From contig NMRA01000026.1 in assembly GCA_002633005.1 (NCBI GenBank), forward strand, positions 891,073 through 955,072: 64,000 bases of DNA, written 5' to 3'. Shown one piece after another: positions 35,601-47,405 of this stretch. The translations under genes were made by a program, and so were the position numbers. Each line of letters begins with the position of its first letter. Positions within the stretch are counted from its first letter, which is position 1. The stretch is from Phoronis australis. Its lineage: Eukaryota > Animalia > Phoronida. The notes under the pieces are model-generated. The model was not told where the DNA came from. It did no database searches and was given only the letters and a program-made list of their open reading frames with translations.

Positions 35601-37437
35601 TTTCTTGCAATGAAAGGGATGGCACGAGTGATATGACAGATACTGGTGTTTGTCAGTTTCTTTACAGAATAAGTCAGTGCAAAAAATTTAAAATTATGGT
35701 CACGTAGGACTTAATCTACAAGTTTTGCATTAATCGCCAAATACCTACAACATTATTTTAAAAGTACACATCTGAGTGTAGAATTTGATTTTTGACAATC
35801 TTCCATTAATTGGGAAGAGTGATCATGTAATTTAAAGTAAAAAAGGAAATGCACATTCATACCATAACAAAACATACAGAATTGACAAAATGACCAAATT
35901 TTGTTTTTGTTTCAAGACATTAAAAGCAGTCATTTGAAAACCAACTAAAAATATGTACCTGTTTGTCTGTAACAGCTGTTCTGGTCACCTTATTGCCAAT
36001 ATCTCCAAGCGCTGCCCTTTGCGTGTTTCTCTTGGCGAGAGGAAGACCCTTCCCGCCAAGGACAGCATTCTCTCTGTCTGTCAGACGGAAGGTCCCAGTC
36101 TGAAAGTAATAGCACCTCATTACGCACAGGCATAAAGGGGCGATGAAAACTTTCAGAATTGGGTTAATTCTGCAAGTTACGTGATGTTCCCGATACACGG
36201 CACAAGCTATTCTCGGAAACAATTCTGTAATTTGCATGTGCAAGAATAGTTTAAATCTAGCTGAGTGCCCACTATGGGAATACAAAGTAGTGATAGTCCT
36301 GATAAACTTTGAACAGACCGCTATGCAGTCATTTAGAACAAAAGTAGCGAGTAGCCTCCTGTCTGTCAAAGAGACTAAATTTAGATTTAGACCACTTAGA
36401 TATAAAATTCATCCTTGCTGGTTTCTAACTCGTGCGAAAATCTATTCTTCACCTTGCAAAGACATGGCAGTCCATTACTCCTAGCGACCATAATTGGCAA
36501 ATAAAATAACATCGTTCCCTTCAAACTAACTGCTACTTCTATTCAAGTTCAGAAATCATGCCTACTACTATATGGACTTATGAAATTAGTCACATATTTT
36601 TCCTTAATGATAAATCAAAAATTGTGACAGAAGGCACTATGCAGCAATGACAAGGGAACACCCTGGACAGATTGCCCACCATAACCCCCAGACTCAAATT
36701 CAGACACCCTATCTAGGATACCCTGTTAAGCATTTGAAGTCCCAAGTAATGCCCCAGTAATCGTATTTAAGTGCATTAACAGTAGCCCTTGGAGCTCATT
36801 AGCCTACAGAATAAGATGTAATGCATGATACGATAAACCATTAAATAAACACAGTGCCATACCACACCAGCAGTATGACTTGCGGTTATTAAAAATGCAG
36901 TTATGATTCAATAGCCGGACTCGTGAATGCCCTTCTGGGAAACCCATTTTTGATGCCGTATATAAAGTCTATATATCCTGGATAAACCTTTAGAGAGAAT
37001 TAGGTTACGCTGCCCCCAGCAGGTATTTTAGGAACTATTTGTCAACTGGATTTCCTGGTTTTGGCGTTGGTGGTCCAACCAACTGCCGAACTGGTTGGCT
37101 TCAGACACACTCACACAGCGCGTCAGCGCCATCTTTAAAAACCGTCTTGGCTTTTACTAGTGTAACATCAATTGTGACAAGGCAATTAAAAATACTGATC
37201 ATAAAATTACCCCGTGAACAGGGCTCAATCCATTGTTTGTTTCTGCAGTAACATTTGACGCCGCTGTTTAGATTTTAGGTCTAGTTAAAAGACTATACAA
37301 AAAGTTTCGCAGTTTCACTTGACTTGACACTATCCATGACCTGCATGACCATATCCGGGTGAAACGAAACATCGCTGTGCTTTGCGTAAATTACATATAA
37401 TACTTACTGGGTTGTTGGCAATACGTGACAAAGCCAT
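26628..37437 (-). CDS. CCNB: G2/mitotic-specific cyclin B (378 aa with one copy of exons 3-4)
   Basis: Exons 37437-37408, 36099-35959, [34123-34043, 33603-33463], [32170-32090, 31655-31515], 30633-30238, 29606-29466, 27381-27277, 26729-26628, all phase 0. D-box RAALGDIGN; cyclin box [13 protein letters not shown]...[20 protein letters not shown]; B-type FLRRNSK. Confidence 0.97.
27501..27848. mobile_element. hAT-like MITE with TCGCA/TGCGA-type subterminal repeats
   Basis: Termini CAGGGTTAAAC ... GTCTAGCCCTA. Its left part matches 32749-32855. Confidence 0.6.
27932..28750 (+). mobile_element. PIF/Harbinger-type MITE, copy 1 (cyclin B intron)
   Basis: TIR GGGCTGTTCCAG...CTGGAACAGCCC with a 3-bp TCA TSD; near-identical inverted copy at 40212-40900. 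Confidence 0.88.
30748..35859. repeat. Tandem duplication (30748-32750 vs 32857-35859) containing cyclin B exons 3-4; probably two haplotypes joined at N 32856
   Basis: High identity across exons and introns. The junction is an N inside a MITE, and the copies differ by indels and TE presence/absence. Confidence 0.9.
34515..35681 (-). mobile_element. 5'-truncated Penelope-like retroelement (RT thumb + GIY-YIG endonuclease)
   Basis: Uninterrupted frame 35678-34773: [41 protein letters not shown]...CNKTRCKMC...[19 protein letters not shown]...[18 protein letters not shown]. Absent from the other duplicate copy. Confidence 0.93.
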
Positions 37438-37827
37438 AGTCAATTCTGTGCAATAAAAATCTAATTATTCTAGTCTTGTTCGTCCAACTTTCTCTCGTAA
37501 TAAAACTTTCCAGACTGGCTCACGTTGTTTTCGTCAATTTTCTTTGCTCATTCAAACTTTGTGCACATCAGAGGATTAGGAGTTTGATTGGCTGGCCTAT
37601 TTTCGTATCGTTCTGTGATTGGTCCTCTAGAAATGCGTTTCCAGGGCCAGGGTAAATAATTTTTAGTGCTTTCTTAATATTCCCTCCTTTTATCCTCAAA
37701 TAGTATAAATTGTTTGAATAAACTGAATTTTAGGTACAAAGCAATTTCGTATATTTGTAAGAGGTATAAGAATTTTTATTGCTTTCCTGCAGAAACACAG
37801 GTGCGCACAAAACCGCGAAGTTTGAAA
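37438..37827. promoter_or_regulatory. Bidirectional G2/M-type promoter (CCAAT boxes and CHR elements)
   Basis: 390 bp between divergent ATGs. ATTGG at 37587 and 37618 (31 bp apart), TTCAAA at 37551, TTTGAA at 37713 and 37821 (the latter after CCGCG). Confidence 0.75.
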
Positions 37828-40800
37828 ATGGCGGAAAAAGCACACTTGCTGACAAGGTTTGTTTATTTGTGTAATTTTGAACTAGGTTTGATCTAATTCC
37901 AGTGAATACATAGCTTAGCATGCCGGGGTTTGAATTTCAAATCAAAGTCATATATTGTCTTATAGATGCCTCCGATTACTTTTACGCAGCACTATTTGGG
38001 CGTCAAAAAATCAAAGATCATTCAGAGAAGAATGATGTTGACGGTTACAAGCACTTATAATTAGCTGTCCTTATCAGCAATATTAATGATTATTGGGGTC
38101 ACATGCTACTTAGTTGAACACAGCTCAGTTCAGTGGGTGAAAGTCCCAGTTTAATAATTCATTCGTGGATAATAATGCGTCAGCATGACACAGTGCACAC
38201 ACAGGCAGGAGTCAGGGTGTAAGCAGATGCGTGTTTAACAGAGTGAGCGCCCGCTAGCGTGTACTCGCGAACACAAGGAACAGCTCCTGAACAGCTGTGA
38301 GCGCTCACTGGGCGATGCTCAGTATGGCAACTCTGAAGCAGATTGTGTTGAACGTCTTAGCCGATGAGCTTAACACTAACAGTCCTTCCTATGATAGCTC
38401 CTATTGAGTATGGCGTTTTGAGCGATAAATATGATTAATCTTTGCCAATAATTATTAATATCGGCAGTCCATGACAACAACCGTGAAGGCTTTGGAACGA
38501 CAAGAATCGAAAATTACGTCAAGGAAACTGTTCCTCGCTACAGCGAGCCGCAATTTAAGTCGCAGTTTCGGATGAGTCGGTCAACTTTTGAGGTTAGTTC
38601 TCGTGTTGCAGAACCATAATGGGTTCATATGCTGCAGACGTGAAGCCTTCGCAGGACGCCATCTTGGAAATCTAAGCGAACATGCTCTCGAGGTTGTTCG
38701 CGAGCGCTTGCGAGCGCTGACGTGAACACAGCTGTTCAGGACGAGGGCGCTCAAATCGCTCGCGAGCACTCACTCTATTGAACACGCTTCTGGTGTTGCC
38801 TTTGTGCAAAGTTGTATACAGCTTTGCGCTCATGTGGGTAAAAAAATGGCCAATTAAAATCTGACACAATTCATTGTCATTAAAAGCTACACTCTTCCTT
38901 GAATAAAATAAATTATTTACAAGTCAGTGTTTGGAGCAATCTCGTGCATCGGCTTTTGGCAACATGAAGTAGCGTCACCTGTAGGCCAGTTTTCTTTTTT
39001 CGACGATTACCCAATCAACTGTTCTTCCACGCATGGTTGCGTACATGTCACAACAAATCATCGGAACTGATTTAATTCTTAAATCAACAGGCGACATTCT
39101 TTCAACTTGGCGTGACACATCTTTGCGAGTTTATTCTATGGCATCATTTGTATAGTCCTGCTTGTAAAACATTTTACAGAGAAATCAATCATCTCAGAAG
39201 TTTACCTTTGGGTGTGCTGGAAAAGAAAAACGAGCTAGATGTTGATGGGGGCTGCACTGGTGGAAGACTGACCCAGTTAAAGGTAACAGTGTGTCTTGTT
39301 CATTTCCATGGTAACAGCAGGTCAGCTAGCTAGGGTGCGAATGAAACTAGGGCTCTGTCGGCAATTCTTGGCTAGGCTTTGGGATGATTTTTGAGATCTG
39401 GTGAAAGGTGCAAGATATCGTGCATGTCCGAATTAACAGACAGGACGCTGAAATTGGGGAACTTGAAAATCAAGGGTAGGCGTTGAGCCAAGCTTGAACA
39501 TTTAACAACAAGCATTGTGAATTTGGTCAATTCAGGTTAAAAGTAGTACTTAGGGACACCATCTGCTGCAGGTGCTGCTGAAACTCTTGAAAAGGTAAGC
39601 CAAACGCGTGTGCTTTGGGAGCAAAAATTCACTCAAGACTGGTTTTCATGCGTGGACGCTTCCAAGAAAATGTTGTTTGGATATTTTGAGGGTTGAGGTA
39701 AAGACAAGGATGGGTGTTTAAGAGTGAAATCTCGCAAATTTCACTGAGGGAGGGGGGCAAGCATGGGTAACCCGTTATTAGAGTGGTGTAGTTGCTCCTA
39801 GTTCAGGCTCATTGGTAAAAGCTGGAGAAAACTACCAAGTCCATGTTCTTGGTATATGAGTTCCCACGGTTGAGTGGATCATGATGTACTCGCGGTGTTA
39901 ATGTTGATGAAATATTTAACCTCCTCTTTCACATTTCAGGACAAAAGTGACAGCAACAAAATAATCTATACAGGACTCAAAACCAAAGCCAACTTTCTTA
40001 GCTTTCTGGAGAGCGTTGACAAAGAGAACTGGCCTCGTAAACAGGATATAGGTAAGAATTATTCCATTCAGTGCAGGTTTTGAATTGAACGCAGGCTACA
40101 TGATGGTAAAAGGTCCTTGTTTCTCCAGTACTGTTAAAGTGACAATACACCTCTTCAATAAAGGGTAGATGAAACGGGCAAAGTTGAACAGAATCTTGCA
40201 AATTTATCTTAGGGCTGTTCCAGCAAAATCTGTATGGGAGGGGGGGAAGGCACTTTTATTTCGTACCCACCGCCCATATTTTTCATTTATTTCTCCAACC
40301 CATGACCCATAATTTTTTAATTATTTTTAATAGGTTAAAATATAAAATCCAACACTTGCAAACAAATTGCCTGCAGGAGGACCTGTTAAGAACTTAGATG
40401 ATTGACAGACAAGAACTAGTTGTCTTGTATAATATTGTCAAAAACTAAAGTAGCCTGTGAGCAATACTTTTGGCATAATTTCAATGAACATTTTTTCAAT
40501 TATAAGAATCTATGAATCTCAAACTGTCTCCACGAACTCTTTTATACTTCTATGTCAAGTGAATATTGGAACTTGTTTATCTTACTCCTCATACTTTTTA
40601 TTTAAAAATCATCAATTTTCTTATATGTGTTAACACCAGTTTAGTGTTGCATAACTTTTCAATTCAATAGGACTGCAGACAAACAGTTGGCTCAAATCAA
40701 GTTGCCCATGACTTGATTAATGACTAAGTGAGCATATTGCACTCTGTTCACTGGCNAAAAAATACCACCCATTTTTTATGCATCACTTCTTACAGGAACG

Positions 40801-43800
40801 ACCACCCATAATTTGAGTTTTTTTCTGAAGACCACCACCCATGAATTTTTATTTCTACTGCCGTCCCCCCCCTCCCACATGGATTTTACTGGAACAGCCC
40901 TTAAAAAACACTTCAACAGTTGTTTGGAGCTTTTTCATGAAAAATTAGTTTGATTCTCTGAAATTTCCTTTTGTGTTCGTAAAAATCTACGTAACCAACG
41001 ATTCTGTGTAAAGGGGCCAAGAAATGTCACTGGAAATGTTTTAACTCTTATTGCACAGCAGTCCACGATTTCATTCGCAAATTTAATTTTAGACAGATTG
41101 CTCTTCCAAAATGCTCCAATCAGCTGTTTGTCTCTTCTCACATACCCTCATAAAAATTATCTTTTTACTTTTATGGCGGCTTTTATAACACCACTGCCGT
41201 CGTCCTCTGCTATTTTGCACTGCACCACGAACTGCTGATAAACTCAGGGCTTCGATTTTAGTTAATGGAACCACGGTTACCAGCGTATTGACTGGAAGCC
41301 AACACCAGAGATCAACAAGGACTAATAAATTCACAAAAACACAAATTTTTTGTTTCAAGTCTTTGGTTAGTAACTTCAAGAAATCTATCATAAATTTGTT
41401 GATCTATAACTCTGGTCAGTGCTAATACATCCTCTTCAATAGTAATCCAAAAAGCTATTTTTTTACCCTAAAGCCAATTGTGTCCTTGTAACTTTATAGC
41501 CTGAGTGAAGACACACAGAAATGTTCCCGTAAGTGGTTCGGTTATGCCACAATTTTTGTTACCTGTGGGAGTTCATGGCAGTTTCGTATGGTGGAAAGTA
41601 AAGTAAACCAGGCTTGTAAGATGTTAAACTTCTACTGAGATTTCTACAAACAAATACCCTCAAGGTTTGGGGTTATGGACCTATATTTAGAAAAAAAATT
41701 TCTCATGCACCGTTCCGTTTGGCCATATGTGTTGCCAGTTCAGAGGCTCGTTCAATCAACCCGTGACACCTGAGAGTATAATGTACTGCGATATATTCAT
41801 GACTGTGAGATGTGAATCCAAAACTTTAATAATGCCATTCAGGCCTTCATCTGGATGGTGTCCAGGGCACGAAAATGGACACCCTGCTTCAAATTTAGAC
41901 ACCCTAGTTAGGGCGCCCTTTTCTGCATTTGGACGCCCAAGTACAGTAAGTAAAGTAAGCATAGGTGTCTATTTAAACTTGCCAACAGCACATTGGATGG
42001 TTATTGGTCTGACAAGAATAAAGAATTTGGTTTGGAAGTGAAAAACTTAATTGCAAAACCATGTCTCCATAGTAACAGCGTACAACACTGTAACGGGAAT
42101 TTCTCAGGGTGTCCATGACAAATAACGCTGTCCCACGTTATTTGTCATGGACACCCTGAGAAATTATGAAACCCATATTGGATGCCCTAATTTTGAGATC
42201 TTGGATGAACTTCTGATGCTATCGTAATTTGAATGTTACTCCAGATCCGCTGTCAAGACAATTGCGTCCTCCATTTGCAATCTGTTGCCATGTGGCAACT
42301 AATGTTTAAGAATAAAACTGAACAGATGTGCTAAATGTTTAAGAATAAAACTGAACAGATGTGCTGTAAATTCATTTTCAGAAACCAAGCTCAGTGGCGT
42401 GTCGCACAATTTAAAACTGGTGAAGAGTGAAGTGAGCGACATCAAAGAGAGGCTTGAAGAGGCCGTTTGTCTGGACGAGAAGTATTCACTGTATGAAGGT
42501 CAGCGAGAGACACTGGAAAAAAAGTTGTCAACTCTTGTGGAAAAGGTAAAACCTTCATTCTGTCGAAAGACTAGCTTTTGATTTATGCCACTTAAAGTAA
42601 TTATAAAAGTGGCTTCAGTTTGTCCCTTATTCAGGTTATACAATGATTTCTGGTTTCGCACTTGCTTGGATTTATTTTCTTCACTGTCTAAAATCTTGAT
42701 ATCGACCTATATCCAATGATTTATTGAGTAGTGGACCCAGCACTAATTGGGTCAACAGGAAGTTGCATGCTTCCAACTTTGTAAATAAGCTAAAGTCGGG
42801 TAGGGTATCCTTTGAATGAAAAAGCTACAGAGATTGAGTACATCATAGGGGAGTTGCTTGTGATACATCTGTCTATTTCCAGAAAGATAAACTCCAGTTG
42901 CTTCGTGATAAGTATGAGTCTTTGAAGGCTGGTCAAGAAAAAGAGGGCTTGCAAGTCAAAGAGGTTGGTAAAGCAGTGCATGATGGGATATGTTTCCGTC
43001 GAGTCACATTTGGTGAACTTCTTTTCCTTAACTTTTAAGATTGATTGATTTTGCTGAACAGGCAACACAGGTCAGTGGTTTGAGCTCTGGATTTCCAACT
43101 GGTACACCAGAGTTCAACTTCTGGCTTTGTTGGCAAACAACTTTGCATGGCCCAAAACTTATGTCCTACTTCTCTAAACTCGGTATTAGCTGTGGATGGA
43201 TTGGTGCAAAAGAGTGTATAAAAGCGATTTCTAGAGGTGCACTAATATTAAAAACTTTAGAATTTAATTCACAGCGTCACTTACATTCAATGTCATAAAG
43301 TAACACTTTACTCTAAATTTTCACCAATTTAAGAACAAGTATGGTAGACCAAACATGTGAACCTTTATTTTAATGTTTTCTGAAAGATTATTGTCACAAA
43401 ATGATATTATTTTACATGTGGCTATCATTAGATAATGCATTGCTTTGACAATTGTGAGCAATCACCACTTTTAGAAGCCCAACCTAAAATGAAAAAATCA
43501 CTTTTGATAATTGTTTTTGCTGAAATTGTTGAGATTTTAAGATATTCTACGACACAAAATACTTTTACAATAATCAAAATTGAAGAAAGATTGCACCTGC
43601 CCATCCCAGACTCGGACCTAGTTTAACTGTTACGTTGATACATGTTTGTATTTCATTGGCGAGTTTCATAATTTTACATTTGTCTGAAGACAAATCAAGT
43701 TCTCATAATAAGACTTTACATTGTCGGTGGTTGCACTGTGTCTAGGCTGGTGCACATGGGTTGTATACAAATCTCAAGCTTGTTCTATCCTAAGTTTAAG

Positions 43801-46800
43801 CTGCCACATCTGTAGGCCTCCAAAAGCTCAATGCAAATACCAAGTTGAGCAACTCACCAGCAAGGCTGAGAGAAGTTACTGAATATTTGCAACAGTTTGT
43901 GATTACATGAATTTATGGTGCTAATTTAAAGACGCTATGTTTCATTAAATTGTGAATACCGGTATGCAAATGAAGTACTAGTTTACAAACAACCCTGGGT
44001 CTTTTAGTATGCTGGAAACCATCCGAGAACCAGTTACCATTACAATCTTGCGAAAGTCTCCTTTTGCGAGACTATTTTTATGTAAATGGGTATGGTAATA
44101 TTTCATCGTTACCCTAATTAAACAAGACACAGTTTTTATTATTTATTTATTTCACTATCAAATAACGATTGCGTACTATTTGAAATAAATTTGAACATTC
44201 ACAGTTTTAATGAGACACAGCATCTTTAACACAATGACATGTTGCCACCACTAAGTTGGGACTCTCATTACCACAGTCAAAGCTCAAAGACTTGGACCAG
44301 ACCATACAGGCATGCTGCCAAGCGATAGAGTTACTTAGGAACACCCTGTCACAGCAGAGGATGGACGGGAAGGCTCTGAAAGCACGTGTTGAAGCTGCTA
44401 AACAACAACTTAATGTGGCAGAGTCCTTCAGGGAGCACAAGAACAGACAGACAGCTGCCAGGCTGGAGAAGTAAGCCTCACTAACGTTCATTCTCACTGG
44501 CTGCTGCTATAGGCAACACAGCCGTCATTTTCCAAGCTAATGGATTTCTCCGAGCTACGTTTGTTTGGAATCTAATCTCTGAACTGGGGACTTGAAACAT
44601 CACCAATTGTGTGGCAGGATTTGAGAATAAATTTGAAAGTTTAATCAAAACGTGCCATGCCATTGGTTGATTTTTGAGTCGGTTTCGAGTCCATAGATTA
44701 GACACTGGAACCTGGTTTCCAATGAAGAACTGAAAATCTGTAGTTAAAATTCTCCATCTCCATTTCATCAATCTTCACTGAATAATTACACATGCGTTCA
44801 ACTGTTTATGCCAGGTGCCAAGAGCTTACAGACATTCTACAACGCGTCACGGGACTACGAGAACACTCGGCCTCGGATCGCCACCTGGTGGTGGAGGTGT
44901 TGAATCCTGTCGGGACTCTGACCCATCCGGACCTTCAGTTACTACTGGAGCTCCAGTTTCAACCATGTGACATGCTTGGCCTGCGACTTGTGGGAGCTAA
45001 GGTAGGTAGAATCTGGCAAGGAACTAGTTTTTGAATATAAAGGCAGTCAGCAGGCTTGGTTTGCACAAGTCCCAAGCCAACTTTATACGAGTCAATTCGC
45101 AAGCACAGTGAACTTTGATTTCAGTAAATGTGTTAGAAAAAAAGACTCGAGAAGTTCTGAGTAATGTGGTTCAACTATAAACTGAACGTTGTCAGAACCC
45201 TGTCACACTCTGGTGCAACTTATGCCAGAATTATTTAACGATATAAAATCGGATCAATCCACATTGCAACTCTTCAGCATTGCAATAGCATGAAAACGTC
45301 TGTTGCTTGACCTAGTTTCCAAGTGTTGTTTTCAAGATGGTAGTTGACAGGGCTGAAATGCTGCTTCGTTCATTCAACATTTTGAGATGTTGAACATATT
45401 TATGCAAATCACTTGAAAATCTCACAGCACACAGCTGTTGTGACAGCATGTTGGTAGCAAAGAATCAATAAAAATGCTTCGTTAAATTTAAATCCTGGAG
45501 TGCTGACTGCCATTTACGATCTTCTCCATTGCCATCTGGTGACAAGATATATTCCAATATGTTGCTGCTGTATCAGAAAATGGTTATTCTTGCGAGATAG
45601 TACAGCAGTTTTGTTGAATTTAAAGTCACTCCAGTCAGTTCACGCCCACTGTAACTTCACTAAATAAATTTAAAGCCTTTCTAAGCTTCTTGGAGATTTT
45701 GGTGGAGGCTCTTAAATTTTGGACCAAATGAAGTACAAAAATTGCTATTTCACATCATTTTCAAAAGGCTTACTAAATTTTGGCAATTGACCAAACTTTT
45801 GCCACGTGTTATTTGTTAAAAAACATACAAATGACAAGGCAATTTTTTGTTTTTGAGAAATTTTGACAACTGAAAATAAAAGTACACCATCACCCCATAT
45901 TGTCTAAAATAGATCATTTCCTTGTGCTGTTACTTGCACGAGTAAAATGTTTGCAGTTTCACGCTTGTCAAAATTGAGTGTTTTTTTCCATATAGGTGAA
46001 CATTGGGACACTTGATGTAAGTCAGCTGATTGAGAGGGCGCTACAGAACAATGCAGTGGACCAACTGATTTACGACGTTCAACTCAGTTGGTACCAGCAC
46101 GTTCGCGTACTGGAGCAAATAGTTACCCTGCGAGATAGGTACGATTGGTCTCTGGTGTTTCTTCCACATTCATTTTTGCTTGGAGTCTAGCTTTAATTTT
46201 ATTTAGTTTGAAAATCACTGCTTGATAGCTGTTGCTGAGGGTGTCATCACTGAAGTAGTTTTTGAAGATGGTCGTTAACTGTGAATTGCAGTTAAGACAA
46301 TGGTCGAAATAGCAGTTCGTTGCTATGAATCATTCTCATTAAAGACTCGCCATTGCACTGGTGATACGTGCATGTAGTGGCTTTTAAAATGACAAATTTT
46401 GTTGACAGTCGTCTAGAGTACATGCCAGAAATCGTATGACGTAGAATCCATATCATGATAGGCGAGTGCCAGCAGAAATCACCGTCGGAGCAGCTAGAAC
46501 GACTCGTCACGACGGTTACAATATTTCGTCTGATTACTTTTGGTGTGTATTGTTGCTTCGACAAATAGTGAAAACTCACGAACTTGACTTTTGACCAGAT
46601 TTTGTCAATCATTATTAAAAACCACCACGCGACCTTTGATACAATTTGGCGTACATTTGATAAGATGGGCTACTGGACTATCGACAGGTTTGCCGTAGAC
46701 TGGATTCCTGAGGAGAGCAAGCTAAGACAGATGGTGGGTAATGAGGGCAATATCGTCTGCACTCTGCTGATCCCCTCGACACCTCCCCTTGATACTATAG

Positions 46801-47405
46801 TACTCCAGTCTATTGAGGGTCAGGTCAATGGGTCAGAGGTCAACATCAAGTACATACAGGTATGGAGAATCAGCGTCTCAGATAAACCACATGTTCCACA
46901 ATAAGTTCATTTAGTGTGAAGTTCATATAAAGAAGCTAATTGTACAAACACTGTTCTCCACTTAATCTTTGTTTATTAAACTGATAGCATTACAAAACTG
47001 ATGTACAGGTTAGAAACATATTAATTTGTTAGAACGCTCGATATTTCTTCTTTAGGAAAATGCATACTTCAGTTTCGGCATGGCTTCTGTTTGTAATTAA
47101 CCAAGAATTGATGTCACATATTGAGCATTCTCATAACTTGCTGCCATCTGTTAACAGATTATGGTAACCATGTTCAACCAACTTTTCTCGTTACATTTAT
47201 GCATGACAAAGAAAGTAGTTCTTGAAGTCCTACACAGTCTTCCTCACTGTAGTCCTGTGCAGTCGCAAGACTCCCAAAGACTTTTTTTATTTAGCTTTTT
47301 TGACAGTGAGACCTGATGTGATCTTGATCTTTTCAGCCGCCCCAAGACACCCCATGCCTTCAAGACTGGCTGGAATACCTCGAATGCAGGTTCGGAGGAT
47401 CATGA
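37828..47405 (+). CDS. Nine-exon 390-aa coiled-coil protein with RWD-like C-terminus; ZWINT/Kre28/Sos7-like kinetochore protein candidate
   Basis: Exons 37828-37856, 39180-39282, 39940-40051, 42382-42545, 44277-44470, 44815-45001, 45996-46138, 46688-46859, 47337-47405 are phase-consistent. A heptad-rich middle is followed by RFAVDWIPEESKLRQMVG...IVCTLLIP...LQDWLEYL. The gene structure is strong; the family assignment is inference. Confidence 0.75.
38222..38794 (+). mobile_element. Internally deleted PIF/Harbinger transposon with a transposase N-terminal remnant
   Basis: Imperfect TIRs CAGATGCGTGTTTAACAGAGTGAG / CTCACTCTATTGAACACGCTTCTG. 38482-38592 encodes RIENYVKETVPRYSEPQFKSQFRMSRSTFE (Harbinger FRM motif). 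Confidence 0.8.
40212..40900 (-). mobile_element. PIF/Harbinger-type MITE, copy 2 (N gap at 40756)
   Basis: Same TIRs as 27932-28750, TTA TSD, reverse orientation. Confidence 0.88.
41840..42215. mobile_element. hAT-like MITE containing a perfect 30-bp hairpin
   Basis: Termini CAGGCCTTCATC ... GATGAACTTCTG; degenerate 8-bp TSD ATGCCATT/ATGCTATC; GGACRCCC repeats. Confidence 0.65.
42301..42365. repeat. Exact 32-bp tandem duplication just upstream of the exon 4 acceptor
   Basis: AATGTTTAAGAATAAAACTGAACAGATGTGCT occurs twice. Confidence 0.85.

Noticed and set aside
39547-39594. Additional exon ending at donor 39594 in the kinetochore-like gene
   Set aside because: The donor is strong, but the only phase-0 acceptor lacks a pyrimidine tract and the model is complete without it.
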